From an uncultured Rhodospirillales bacterium (GTDB lineage Bacteria; Pseudomonadota; Alphaproteobacteria; ATCC43930; CGMCC-115725): DNA of 64,000 bases. The DNA is taken from assembly GCA_903828515.1 (NCBI GenBank), contig CAIKMD010000007.1, positions 1,208,706 to 1,272,705 of the forward strand, in the 5' to 3' direction. The notes beneath the pieces were generated by a model, which saw only the letters and a program-made list of their open reading frames with translations, did not search any database and was not told where the DNA came from. This document shows positions 54,118-64,000 of this stretch, piece after piece (the first letter of the stretch is position 1; every line of letters starts with the position of its first letter). The position numbers and the translations under genes were made by a program.

Positions 54118-55323
54118 ATGAAGTTCCGTCTCGCGGCCGTTCTTGCCGTGGTGTTCATTGTCATATCGCACGTCGCGCTGGCGCAGACGAAGATCGTCAC
54201 GCTCGGCGCCTCGCTGCAACTGACCGGCAATAACGCCAATCTCGGTCGCTATTTTCGCGACGGGTATCAGGTCGCCGTCGATCGCATCAACGAGAAGGGT
54301 GGGATCGCCATCGGCGGCGTGACCTATCGTCTCGCGCTCAGAGTGCTCGACAATCAATCCGACCTCAATCTCGGCGTCCAGCAATACGTTCAATTGGTGA
54401 CGCGGGACAAGGTCGACTTCCTGCTGGGGCCCTATAGCAGCAACGACACGCTCAACGATTCGAGCGTCGCCGAGAAGTACCGCATCCCGATGGTGCAGGG
54501 CGGTGGCGCTGCCGCTCTGATATTCAGCCGTGGTTACAAATACCTGTTCGGGACGGCGCCGCCGGCCGAGAATTATTTCGGATCGACCGTCGAGATGATG
54601 ACGAAGCTCGATCCGCGACCCCGGACGATCGCGTTGCTCGCGGCGGACGATGCGTTCGATGTATCGCTGGCCAAAGGGACGCGTGCGCTTGCCGCGCATT
54701 ACGGGTTCGATATCGTCACCGATCAGCAATACAGCGAGCACAACACGGATTTTTCGGCGACCCTCGCGTTGGTCAAATCGAAAGCGCCCGATGCGATCCT
54801 CTGGGGCGGGCACGAGACCGAAGCGCTGAATTTCATCCGCCAGGCGAAGAGCCTCGACGTCAACGCACGCGACATGTTCGCGATCACGGTCGGGGTGCCT
54901 TCGGCGGATTTTCGCAAGGCGCTCGGCAAGGATGCGGAATATGCTTTCGGCATGTCGCCGTGGCTGGCCAGTCCGCTGCTCCATGATCAATGGTTCGGCG
55001 ACGGTGCCCAATTCGCGAGGCTCTTCCAGCAACGCTTTGGTTACGAGGCGGATTACCACGTCGCTTCCGCCGTCTCCGACGTCGAAACTTTCGCCTACGC
55101 GCTCGAAGCGGCCGGGACCCTGGACAAGGACGCGGTGCGCGATGCGATCGTCAAAAGCGATTTCGAGTGCGTTTATGCGCATGTGCGTTTCGGCGAGACC
55201 GGTCAAATCGACCTGCCGCAGATCGTGATTCAGGTCCAGGACGGCAAGATCGTGCCGATCTACACCGATCACTTCCTCAACAAACCGCGCTATCCCCTCC
55301 CGCCCTGGGGCAAGCGAGGATGA
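54118..55323 (+). CDS. ABC transporter periplasmic substrate-binding protein, branched-chain amino acid (LivK) family
   Basis: Signal peptide MKFRLAAVLAVVFIVISHVALAQT. Type-I PBP pattern (LGASLQLTGNNANLGRYFRDGYQVAVDRINEKGGI). Followed by livHMGF-type genes. Confidence 0.85.
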   Translation: MKFRLAAVLAVVFIVISHVALAQTKIVTLGASLQLTGNNANLGRYFRDGYQVAVDRINEKGGIAIGGVTYRLALRVLDNQSDLNLGVQQYVQLVTRDKVDFLLGPYSSNDTLNDSSVAEKYRIPMVQGGGAAALIFSRGYKYLFGTAPPAENYFGSTVEMMTKLDPRPRTIALLAADDAFDVSLAKGTRALAAHYGFDIVTDQQYSEHNTDFSATLALVKSKAPDAILWGGHETEALNFIRQAKSLDVNARDMFAITVGVPSADFRKALGKDAEYAFGMSPWLASPLLHDQWFGDGAQFARLFQQRFGYEADYHVASAVSDVETFAYALEAAGTLDKDAVRDAIVKSDFECVYAHVRFGETGQIDLPQIVIQVQDGKIVPIYTDHFLNKPRYPLPPWGKRG

Positions 55324-55348
55324 TCCGATGATCCGCGGAATCTGAGCC

Positions 55349-56206
55349 ATGCTGTTCGCGCAAATCCTCGTCAACGGCGTGATGCTCGGCGGGCTTTACG
55401 GGCTGATGGCGCTTGGCATGGCGCTGGTGTGGGGTGTTCTCAATATCGTCAATCTGGCGCATGGCGCCTTCGTCATGCTCGGCGGGTACTGCGTCTATTT
55501 CCTGTTTACTGGCCTGCACCTCGACCCATTCGCGGCCTTGCCGATCGCGATGGTCGTCATGTTCGTGGTGGGGTACCTGCTGCAGCGGTATCTTCTGAAT
55601 CTCATCATCCGGTCGTCGCATCTCAACACGCTACTTATCACGTTCGGTCTCGATGTGGTTCTGACCTATCTGGCGCAATTGGCGTTCAGCGCCGATTTTC
55701 GCGCGATCAATCCAACCTATGCCGGCTCGAACGTGACGTTGCTGGGCGTCACCATTCCGTTGGTCCGTTTCGGCGCGTTCCTGACCGCGCTGGTCCTGGC
55801 CGCGGCGCTGTGGGTGATGCTCGAACGCACCAGGCTCGGCCACTCGATCCGGGCGACCTCGCAAAATCTGATCGCGGCACGGCTTTACGGCGTCGATCCG
55901 GCGCAGCTTTATGCGGTGACCTTCGGTCTGGGCGCGGCGCTGGCGGGCGCGGCCGGTGGTCTGTACGGCATGGTTTCGCAGGTCACGCCCTATATCGGCG
56001 CGACGCTGACGGCGAAATCCTTCGTGATCACGATCATGGGCGGGCTCGACAATCCGTTCGGGATCATCCTGGGCGGGCTCTTTATCGGCATCGCCGAAGC
56101 CCTGGCGGCGATCTATATCGGCCCGACCTTCACCGATGCGATCAGCTTCGGGCTCCTGGTGCTGATCCTTGTCGCGCGCCCGGCACGCAGCCTGCGTGGT
56201 GCTTGA
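55349..56206 (+). CDS. livH: Branched-chain amino acid ABC transporter permease, LivH-like
   Basis: MLFAQILVNGVMLGGLYGLMALGMALVWGVLNIVNLAHGAF is the canonical LivH N-terminus. Confidence 0.9.
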   Translation: MLFAQILVNGVMLGGLYGLMALGMALVWGVLNIVNLAHGAFVMLGGYCVYFLFTGLHLDPFAALPIAMVVMFVVGYLLQRYLLNLIIRSSHLNTLLITFGLDVVLTYLAQLAFSADFRAINPTYAGSNVTLLGVTIPLVRFGAFLTALVLAAALWVMLERTRLGHSIRATSQNLIAARLYGVDPAQLYAVTFGLGAALAGAAGGLYGMVSQVTPYIGATLTAKSFVITIMGGLDNPFGIILGGLFIGIAEALAAIYIGPTFTDAISFGLLVLILVARPARSLRGA

Positions 56207-56207
56207 G

Positions 56208-57148
56208 ATGAAGGGGCGCGTCGCACTTCTGGGCCTTTGTGCCGTGTTGCTGGCGCTGCTGCCGCTCACCGGCGACGACGTTCTAATCCAATACGGCATC
56301 GACGCGCTTCTCTTCGCGACCTTGGCGCAGGCGTGGAACATCATCGGCGGTTTCGCCGGCTATGCCTCGTTCGGCAATTCATCGTTTTATGGTCTCGGCA
56401 CCTACGGCACCGCGATTGCGATGGCGCAGCTTCATTTGCCGTTCTGGGTCGGGCTATGTCTGGGGGCTTTCCTCGCGGTGGTTTGCGCCGTTCTCATAGG
56501 CCTGCCGATCTTGCGTCTGCGGGGGCATTATTTCGCGATCGCCACCTTGGGTTTGTCTGCCACGCTCTCGGCGATTATTGCCAACCTCGATATTTCGGGG
56601 CGCAATATCGGTCTCATCCTGCCGCTCACCCGCAACGACACGATGTTCTACGAGCTGGCGTTGGTCTTGTTGGTGGCGGCGACCGGTACGGTCGCCTGGA
56701 TCGCACGCTCGCGCTTCGGCATGGGACTGATCGCCATTCGCGAAAACGAGGATGCCGCGCAGGTGATGGGCGTCAACACGACGCTCTATAAGGTGACCGC
56801 CCTCGTGCTCTCTGCGTTCTTTACCGCGCTGGCCGGCGGCATCCACGCCTATTGGATCACCTTCATCGATCCGGCGAGCGCCTTCGACCTGACGCTCAAT
56901 GTCCGCATGGTGATCATGGCGATGTTCGGCGGCCCCGGCACGGTTCTCGGCCCGGTCATCGGCTCGTTCATTCTCACGTTCGTCTATCAGCTTTTGGCCA
57001 GCAGCATCTCGACGGCGGCGGCTCTGTTGTTTGGTATCGTGATCGTGCTGGCGGTGATCTTCATGCCGCGTGGCTTGTGGGATTTGGCCGGGGGCTTGCG
57101 CCGCTTGGGCCCGCGCTATTTTCTCCAGAACATCCGGGCGCATCGGTT

Positions 57149-57152
<4 letters not shown>
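56208..57152 (+). CDS. livM: Branched-chain amino acid ABC transporter permease, LivM-like
   Basis: LAQAWNIIGGFAGYASFGNSSFYGLGTYG...LRGHYFAIATLG is typical of LivM. Start set at ATG 56208, 2 nt after the livH stop. Confidence 0.88.
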
Positions 57153-57885
<733 letters not shown>

Positions 57886-57889
<4 letters not shown>

Positions 57890-58602
57890 GCAATCCGCTC
57901 CTGACCATATCGGGTCTGCGCGCGGGCTATGGCGCGGCGCCGGTCCTGTTCGGCCTCGATCTGAAAATCAACGAAGGCGAGATCGTGGCGTTGGTCGGAT
58001 CGAACGGCGCGGGCAAGACCACGCTCCTGCGCGCGATCTCGCGCATGATCGCCGCCGAGGGCTCGATCAATTTCGCGGGCAAGGAGTTGATGCCGCTGAC
58101 GCCCGAACAGGTCTTCGCCACCGGTCTGGTTCAGGTGCCGGAGGGACGGCAGTTGTTCGCGCGCATGACGGTCGAGGAAAACCTGCGCATGGGCGCGCTG
58201 CTGCGGCGCGATCCCGAGGGCGTGGTGCGAAGTTTTGCCCGCATGTACGAGCTGTTTCCGATCCTCGCCGAACGGCGCCGCCAGATGGCGGGCTCGCTCT
58301 CGGGCGGCGAACAGCAAATGTGCGCGCTCGCTCGCGGCCTGATGGCCGAACCGAAATTGCTCATGGTCGACGAGATGAGCCTCGGATTGGCGCCGGTGGT
58401 CGTCGATCAATTGCTGGTCGTCTTGAGCGACATCCGCAAGGCGGGGGTGACCATCCTGCTGGTCGAGCAGGATGTGTTTGCCGCCTTCAGCGTCGCCGAT
58501 CGCGGCTACGTTATCGAGACCGGACATATCGTCCGTGAGGGCACGGTCGCCGAGCTTGAACGCGACTCGGACCTACGCAAAGCCTATCTCGGCGTGGCTT
58601 GA
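57886..58602 (+). CDS. livF: ABC transporter ATP-binding protein, LivF-like
   Basis: Walker A GSNGAGKTT, signature LSGGEQQM, Walker B LLMVDEMSLGL. ATGA overlap with livG. Confidence 0.92.
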
Positions 58603-58670
58603 TAAATAATTGAATACACACGATAATTACCACCTATGGGTTTGTCGAAAATCTTCATAAGATAGGGTCC

Positions 58671-59852
58671 ATGGGTGTGAAAAGACGCGTCACGATTCTC
58701 GGTTCCACCGGCTCGGTCGGTTGCAACACGGTCGAACTGCTGGCTGCCGATCCCGTGACCTATGCGGTCGAGGCGTTGGTCGCGCACAGCAACGTCGAGC
58801 GTCTGGCCGAGCAGGCGAAAAGCCTTAAAGCGAAATTTGCAGTGGTTGCCGACCCGACGCATTATCAAGCGCTCAAGGCATTGCTCGCCGGTACCGGGAT
58901 CGAGGCGGCGGCGGGCGCCGAAGCGGTGGTCGAGGCGGCGCGCCGTCCGGCCGATTGGGTGATGGCGGCGATCGTCGGCGCTGCAGGCTTGGCACCCACG
59001 TTGGCGGCCGTGCGTCGCGGCGCGTTTGTCGCGCTGGCCAATAAGGAAGTGATGGTCTGCGCCGGCGAACTGGTGACGCAGGAAGCCAAGAAACATGGCG
59101 CGACGATGCTGCCGGTCGACAGCGAGCACAATGCGATCTTCCAGGTGTTCGATACGCGCCAGACCAAGCAGATCGAGAAGATCGTGCTGACCGCGAGCGG
59201 CGGCCCGTTCCGCAATGCTTCGATCGAAGAGATGTCGGCGGCGACGCCGGCGAAAGCAGTGGCTCACCCCAATTGGAAGATGGGCGCGAAAATATCGGTC
59301 GATTCCGCGACCATGATGAACAAGGGCCTTGAGGTGATCGAGGCGCATCATCTCTTTGCGCTCGAAAGCGCGCGGCTCGATGTCGTGGTGCACCCGCAAT
59401 CGGTTATTCACGGGCTCGTCTATTACACCGACGGATCGGTGCTGGCGCAATTGGGCTCGCCCGACATGCGCACGCCGATCGCCAACACGCTGGGCTGGCC
59501 CGACCGCATGCCGGCGCCGAGCCCGCGGCTCGATCTTGCCAAGGTGGCGCAACTCACCTTCGAGGCGCCCGATCCGATCCGCTTTCCGGCGCTTCGCATC
59601 GCGCGTGCGGCGCTCGACGCGGCCGGGGGTGCGCCGACCGTGCTGAACGCCGCCAATGAAATCGCGGTTGCCGCCTTTCTCGACGAGAAGATCGGCTTTC
59701 TCGACATCGCGGCGACGGTGGAACGGACGCTCGACGCCATGCCCAATCGCCGCATCGCCTCGCTCGATGACGTCTATGCGCTCGATGAAGAAGCGCGGGC
59801 GACGACGCGCCAATTCATCGGCGAGGGCGCGCGGCGCGCTGCTCGCGTTTGA
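58671..59852 (+). CDS. dxr: 1-deoxy-D-xylulose 5-phosphate reductoisomerase
   Basis: VTILGSTGSVGCNT (NADPH site), LANKEVMVCAG, PVDSEHNAIFQ and HPNWKMGAKISVDSATMMNKGLEVIEA are hallmark Dxr blocks. Confidence 0.96.
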   Translation: MGVKRRVTILGSTGSVGCNTVELLAADPVTYAVEALVAHSNVERLAEQAKSLKAKFAVVADPTHYQALKALLAGTGIEAAAGAEAVVEAARRPADWVMAAIVGAAGLAPTLAAVRRGAFVALANKEVMVCAGELVTQEAKKHGATMLPVDSEHNAIFQVFDTRQTKQIEKIVLTASGGPFRNASIEEMSAATPAKAVAHPNWKMGAKISVDSATMMNKGLEVIEAHHLFALESARLDVVVHPQSVIHGLVYYTDGSVLAQLGSPDMRTPIANTLGWPDRMPAPSPRLDLAKVAQLTFEAPDPIRFPALRIARAALDAAGGAPTVLNAANEIAVAAFLDEKIGFLDIAATVERTLDAMPNRRIASLDDVYALDEEARATTRQFIGEGARRAARV

Positions 59853-60853
59853 CCCTCGATCGTTCGAAGCCTGTCCTGGTCACGGGTGCGTCCGGTTTCG
59901 TCGGTGCGGCGGTGGCGCGGGCGCTGGTCGCATCGGGCCGTCGCGTCCGTGTCCTGCTGCGCCCGCAAAGCGATCGACAAAACATCCATGGCATGACGGC
60001 CGAAACGCGGATCGGTTCGCTCGAAGATGGTGATTCGCTGGCGGCCGCGATCGCGGGATGCGGCGCGCTCTATCATGTCGCGGCGGACTATCGTCTTTGG
60101 GTGCGCGACGAAGCGCCGATGTATCGCGCTAATGTCGAGGGCACTCGATTGCTGATGCTCGCGGCGCTCGATGCCGGGGTCGACCGGATCGTTTATACCA
60201 GCAGCGTCGCGACGATCGGCATCCCGGCCCAGGGCGCGGCAACCGAAACCACGCCGAGCACGCTCGCCGACATGATCGGCCCCTATAAGCGTTCGAAATT
60301 CATGGCGGAGGAAGTCGTGCGCGGCTTGGCGCAGGAAAGGCGGCTGCCGGTGGTGATCGTCAATCCATCGACGCCGATCGGGCCCGGCGACGTGAAGCCG
60401 ACGCCGACGGGACGCCTCATCGTCGAAGCGGCCTCGGGCAAGATGCCGGCCTTCGTTGATACCGGTCTCAACATCGTGCATGTCGACGACGTGGCAGCCG
60501 GACATCTGCTTGCCGAAGAGCGGGGCAAGACCGGCGAGCGCTATATCCTCGGTGGCGAGGATTTGACCCTGGCGGAAATCCTGCGCCGCATTGCGCTGCT
60601 GGTGGGGCGCAAGCCGCCGACGATCAGCATTCCCATTCCGGCGATCTGGCCGATCGCGATCGGCGCCGAGGCCTGGGCTCATCTCACCGGCAAGGAGCCT
60701 TTCGTCACACGCGACGGATTGCGCATGGCGAAGAAGAAAATGTTTTTCGCCTCGGGCAAGGCGGAACGTGAGTTGGGCTATCGCGCGCGTGCGGCGCAAC
60801 AAGCGCTGGCCGATGCGATTGCCTGGTTCAAGGCGTCGGGGATGGTCGCGTGA
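59849..60853 (+). CDS. hpnA: Hopanoid-associated NAD-dependent sugar epimerase/dehydratase
   Basis: VLVTGASGFVGAAVARAL Rossmann motif and YKRSK catalytic motif, positioned directly before hpnB-hpnC-hpnD-hpnE. TTG start overlapping the dxr stop (TTGA). Confidence 0.8.
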   Translation: MTLDRSKPVLVTGASGFVGAAVARALVASGRRVRVLLRPQSDRQNIHGMTAETRIGSLEDGDSLAAAIAGCGALYHVAADYRLWVRDEAPMYRANVEGTRLLMLAALDAGVDRIVYTSSVATIGIPAQGAATETTPSTLADMIGPYKRSKFMAEEVVRGLAQERRLPVVIVNPSTPIGPGDVKPTPTGRLIVEAASGKMPAFVDTGLNIVHVDDVAAGHLLAEERGKTGERYILGGEDLTLAEILRRIALLVGRKPPTISIPIPAIWPIAIGAEAWAHLTGKEPFVTRDGLRMAKKKMFFASGKAERELGYRARAAQQALADAIAWFKASGMVA

Positions 60854-61959
60854 CGGTCGCGCTTGGCCTGCTCACGGTCGCGATCTGGGCCTACCTGGTG
60901 TTTGCCCATGGTTTTTTCTGGCGCGCGCGCGAGGCGTCACCGATTCCGTCGCCTTCGCGTTGGCCTTCGGTGATCGCGGTGGTCCCCGCGCGTGACGAAG
61001 CGGAGGTGGTCGGACGCTCGATCGACTCGCTGTTGGCGCAGGAATATCCCGGCGACTTTTCAATCATTCTCGTCGACGACCACAGTACCGACGGCACGGC
61101 GGAGGCGGCGGGAAACGATCCGCGCCTCGCGGTCGTTTCCGCACGCACGCTACCGCCCGGGTGGACGGGGAAACTCTGGGCGTTGTCGGAAGGGGTGCGG
61201 CAGGTCGCGGCGCTGCCCGAACTTTACCTTTTTACCGACGCCGATATCGAACATCACCGTACCAATCTGGCCGAGCTGGTAGCGCGGCTCGAGGGCGAGC
61301 AACGCGATCTCGTCTCGCTGATGGTGAAGTTGCGCTGCAAAAGTTTCGCCGAACGCTTTCTTATTCCGCCTTTCGTGTTTTTCTTTGCTCTGCTTTATCC
61401 TTTCGCCTGGGCGAACGACAAACGCAAGTCGACGGCGGCGGCGGCGGGCGGTTGCGTATTGATCCGGCGAAGTGCCTATGAGCGGATCGGGGGTTACGCG
61501 GCCATCAAGGGCGCATTGATCGACGATTGCGCCCTGGCGCGCGAGGTAAAACGCGGCGGTTCGATCTGGCTTGGCCTGACCGACCGCACGGTCAGTCTGC
61601 GCGCCTATCCGCGCGTCGCCGATATTTGGAATATGGTCGCGCGCACCGCCTACACGCAGCTTCATTATTCGCCGTTATTGCTGGCCGGAACCGTCCTTGG
61701 ATTGCTGGTCACCTATCTGGCGCCACCGTTCCTGGTCTTGGTCGGCGGCGCGTCCGTGTGGTTCGGCTTGCTGTCCTGGGTGGCAATGGCTGCGATCTAT
61801 GTGCCGATGCTGCGCCTCTATCGGCAATCCCTGTTCTGGGCGCCATTGCTTCCGGTGGCGGCATTGGTTTATCTGGCGGCCACCGTGGATTCGGCGTGGC
61901 GCTATTGGCGGGGTAGGGGCGGCGAGTGGAAGGGACGCGTACAATGGCAGGGCCGCTGA
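60850..61959 (+). CDS. hpnB: Hopene-associated family-2 glycosyltransferase
   Basis: VIAVVPARDEAEVVGRSIDSLLAQEYPGDFSIILVDDHSTDGT (GT2 DxD context), C-terminal TM helices, and its position in the hpn operon. Confidence 0.8.
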   Translation: MTVALGLLTVAIWAYLVFAHGFFWRAREASPIPSPSRWPSVIAVVPARDEAEVVGRSIDSLLAQEYPGDFSIILVDDHSTDGTAEAAGNDPRLAVVSARTLPPGWTGKLWALSEGVRQVAALPELYLFTDADIEHHRTNLAELVARLEGEQRDLVSLMVKLRCKSFAERFLIPPFVFFFALLYPFAWANDKRKSTAAAAGGCVLIRRSAYERIGGYAAIKGALIDDCALAREVKRGGSIWLGLTDRTVSLRAYPRVADIWNMVARTAYTQLHYSPLLLAGTVLGLLVTYLAPPFLVLVGGASVWFGLLSWVAMAAIYVPMLRLYRQSLFWAPLLPVAALVYLAATVDSAWRYWRGRGGEWKGRVQWQGR

Positions 61960-62786
61960 CCGCAGCGGTGGAGACGCCCTCGGGCAAGGGCCGGACTGAC
62001 GAGAATTTCCCCGTCGGCTCGTTCCTCATTCGCCGCGATCTGCGCGTTCACGTTCATGCCTTCTATCGTTTCGCGCGGATTGCCGACGACATCGCCGATC
62101 ATTCGGAACTGGCGGCGGACGAAAAGGTCCGGCGCCTCGATCGGATGGAGGCGGTGCTCGATGGTGCGCCGGGCGACGATACGCCTGCAGCGACCGGCAT
62201 GCGCAAAAGCCTGCTCGAAACCGGTACGACGTTTCAGCATTGCCGCGACATTCTGCGCGCCTTCCGGCTCGATGCGACGAAGTTGCGTTACAAGGACTGG
62301 GACGATCTGATGGAATATTGCCGGTACTCGGCCTCGCCGGTCGGACGGCAACTACTCGATCTGCATGGCGAGGACCGGGCGACCTGGCCGGCATCCGACG
62401 CGTTGTGCAGTTCGCTTCAGGTTCTCAATCATCTTCAGGATTGCGCCGAGGATTACCATGCGCTCGATCGCGTCTATCTGCCGCGCGAGGATATGGAGCG
62501 CTGCGGCGCAACGCTCAAAGACCTCGACGCATCGCATCTGACGCCCGGCATGCGCAAGCTTATCGACGGCTTGCTGGATGGAACCGATCGCCTGAACGCG
62601 CAAGCCGGCGCGCTTCCCGGTTTGGTCAAAAGCGGCGGGCTGCGGCGCGAATGCGCGGTGATCGTCGACCTTGCCCAACGTCTGGCGCGACGCCTGCGCA
62701 ACGGCGATCCACTGGCCAAGCGGGTGAAGCTGACGCGTGGTGATTTCATCGCGGCGCTGGTTGTCGGGATGTGGCGCGGACGATGA
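61944..62786 (+). CDS. hpnC: Squalene synthase HpnC (squalene/phytoene synthase family)
   Basis: ENFPVGSFLIRRDLRVHVHAFYRFARIADDIAD and the second Asp-rich region LNHLQDCAEDY. The start could instead be GTG 61926. Confidence 0.85.
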   Translation: MAGPLTAAVETPSGKGRTDENFPVGSFLIRRDLRVHVHAFYRFARIADDIADHSELAADEKVRRLDRMEAVLDGAPGDDTPAATGMRKSLLETGTTFQHCRDILRAFRLDATKLRYKDWDDLMEYCRYSASPVGRQLLDLHGEDRATWPASDALCSSLQVLNHLQDCAEDYHALDRVYLPREDMERCGATLKDLDASHLTPGMRKLIDGLLDGTDRLNAQAGALPGLVKSGGLRRECAVIVDLAQRLARRLRNGDPLAKRVKLTRGDFIAALVVGMWRGR

Positions 62787-63631
62787 GCGATACAGCCGAT
62801 ACGGCTTTGCGCGAGATGATCCGTGCCCGGGTGGCGGCGGCGGGCTCGTCCTTCTATCTCGGCATGCGGCTCCTGCCCGCGCCGCGCCGCGAGGCGATGT
62901 ATGCGATCTATGCGTTCTGCCGCGAGGTCGACGATATCGCCGACGATCTGCCCGAGCCCGAAAAGAGCGAAGGCCTCGCGCGGTGGCGACGCGAGATCGA
63001 TGCCATTTACGACCGCACGACGACGTTGCCGCTCGGCAAGGTGCTGGCCGCCGATGTGAAGCAATACAAGCTGCGGCGCGAGGATTTTCTTGCCGTCATT
63101 GACGGCATGGAGATGGATGCCAAAGGCGCCATCGTTGCGCCGAGCTTCGCCGAACTCGATCTCTATTGTGATCGGGTGGCGAGCGCCGTCGGACGGTTGT
63201 CGGTGCGCGCGTTCGGCGCGGATTCCGAAGCGGCCGACCGGGTCGCGCATCACCTCGGCCGCGCCTTGCAGTTGACGAATATTTTGCGCGATCTGGCCGA
63301 AGACGCCGGGCGCGGGCGGCTCTATTTGCCGCGCGAATTCATTACCGATGCCGAGATCCCATCGACCGCGCCGGTGGCCGTGCTCGATCATCCCCGCCTC
63401 GGGATCGTCTGTGACCGGCTTGCCGGCGTGGCGGAAAAGCATTTTGCCGACGCGCGCGCCGCAATGGCGGAATGCCCGCGTGCGGCGATGAAGCCGGCCC
63501 GTGCCATGGGTGCGGTCTATCATGCCCAGCTCGTTCGCTTGCGCCGTCGCGGCTGGTTGCGCCTGAACGATCCGATCAAGTTGTCAAAAGTGACCAAGCT
63601 TTATCTGGCCCTGCGCCACGGCCTGATATGA
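62783..63631 (+). CDS. hpnD: Presqualene diphosphate synthase HpnD
   Basis: SSFYLGMRLLPAPRREAMYAIYAFCREVDDIAD and TNILRDLAEDAGRGRLYLP. ATG overlaps the hpnC stop (ATGA). Confidence 0.88.
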   Translation: MSDTADTALREMIRARVAAAGSSFYLGMRLLPAPRREAMYAIYAFCREVDDIADDLPEPEKSEGLARWRREIDAIYDRTTTLPLGKVLAADVKQYKLRREDFLAVIDGMEMDAKGAIVAPSFAELDLYCDRVASAVGRLSVRAFGADSEAADRVAHHLGRALQLTNILRDLAEDAGRGRLYLPREFITDAEIPSTAPVAVLDHPRLGIVCDRLAGVAEKHFADARAAMAECPRAAMKPARAMGAVYHAQLVRLRRRGWLRLNDPIKLSKVTKLYLALRHGLI

Positions 63632-64000
63632 CCCAACCCCATCGTGTGCATGTCGTGGGCGCCGGGCTTGCCGGGCTTGCCGCGTCGCTGGCCTTGGCCG
63701 ATGCCGGCGTCGGCGTGGTGCTGTATGAGGCGGCGCCTTTTGCTGGCGGGCGGTGCCGTTCTTATCTCGATGCAAAGTTGGGATGCCGTATCGACAACGG
63801 CAATCATCTGCTGATTGCGGGCAATCGGGACGCCATGCGGTATGCCGACATGATCGGTTCGCGCGACAGCTTCACCGGACCGCGTACCGCTCTCTATCCA
63901 TTTCTCGATCGGGCAACCGGTGAGCGATGGACGTTGCGCCCGAATACTGGAAAAATTCCGTGGTGGATTCTGTCGCCGAAGCGTCGGGTCGCCGGGACCG
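63628..64000 (+). CDS. hpnE: Hydroxysqualene dehydroxylase HpnE (FAD-dependent amine-oxidase fold); 3' end outside the window
   Basis: Absent from the ORF track because it has no stop in the window. I translated it by hand: MTQPHRVHVVGAGLAGLAASLALADAGVGVVLYEAAPFAGGRCRSYLD...IDNGNHLLIAGN. The ATG overlaps the hpnD stop, and a GxGxxG FAD motif is present. Confidence 0.8.
   Translation, partial: MTQPHRVHVVGAGLAGLAASLALADAGVGVVLYEAAPFAGGRCRSYLDAKLGCRIDNGNHLLIAGNRDAMRYADMIGSRDSFTGPRTALYPFLDRATGERWTLRPNTGKIPWWILSPKRRVAGT

Noticed and set aside
56852-57148. N-terminal ~100-aa extension of the livG ORF as listed in the ORF track. Similar upstream extensions appear on ORFs 20183..21166, 29957..30637, 44182..45783, 54073..55323, 52058..54079 and 48798..49835.
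   Set aside because: The extensions overlap the preceding gene in another frame, are Arg/Pro-rich, and precede internal starts that give canonical N-termini or signal peptides. I therefore used the internal starts.

Overview
High-GC, densely coding chromosomal segment of alphaproteobacterial (Hyphomicrobiales-like) character. GC was judged by eye, not computed. I recognised no rRNA, tRNA, CRISPR, transposase or integrase genes. In order, the window contains: (1) an mdtABC-type RND efflux operon with a NodT-family outer-membrane lipoprotein (1-9212); (2) an activated-methyl-cycle cluster of MetE-like methionine synthase, an unknown 478-aa SAM-methyltransferase-like protein, metK, ahcY and metF (9320-15559); (3) an eight-gene minus-strand catabolic-looking operon (LLM monooxygenase, two alpha/beta hydrolases, GMC oxidoreductase, amidohydrolase-2, cupin, membrane cytochrome c, RidA), divergent from a gentisate-dioxygenase-like bicupin (16121-24490); (4) an FkbM methyltransferase and an orphan form-II CoxL-like molybdoenzyme subunit; (5) an orphan tadE/tadF/tadG-like pseudopilin cluster whose first gene has an in-frame TAG at the invariant Glu codon; (6) a thioesterase, two MFS transporters and a second GMC/amidohydrolase-2 pair. 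The most unusual locus is 35951-42573. It holds an FkbM methyltransferase, a TibC/Aah-type autotransporter heptosyltransferase homologue, and a translationally coupled 1437-aa protein. That protein is built from ~19-aa Ser/Gly strand-loop-strand repeats plus PATR-type repeats. It ends not in an autotransporter beta-barrel but in a Hint/bacterial-intein-like domain followed by an uncharacterised ~180-aa tail, and it has no visible signal peptide. Downstream lie marR-emrA-emrB, a ClC channel with CBS domains, assorted enzymes, a Liv-type ABC transporter, and dxr fused to the hopanoid operon hpnABCDE (hpnE is cut by the window end). All family assignments rest on motif recognition from the translated ORFs; no searches were run.
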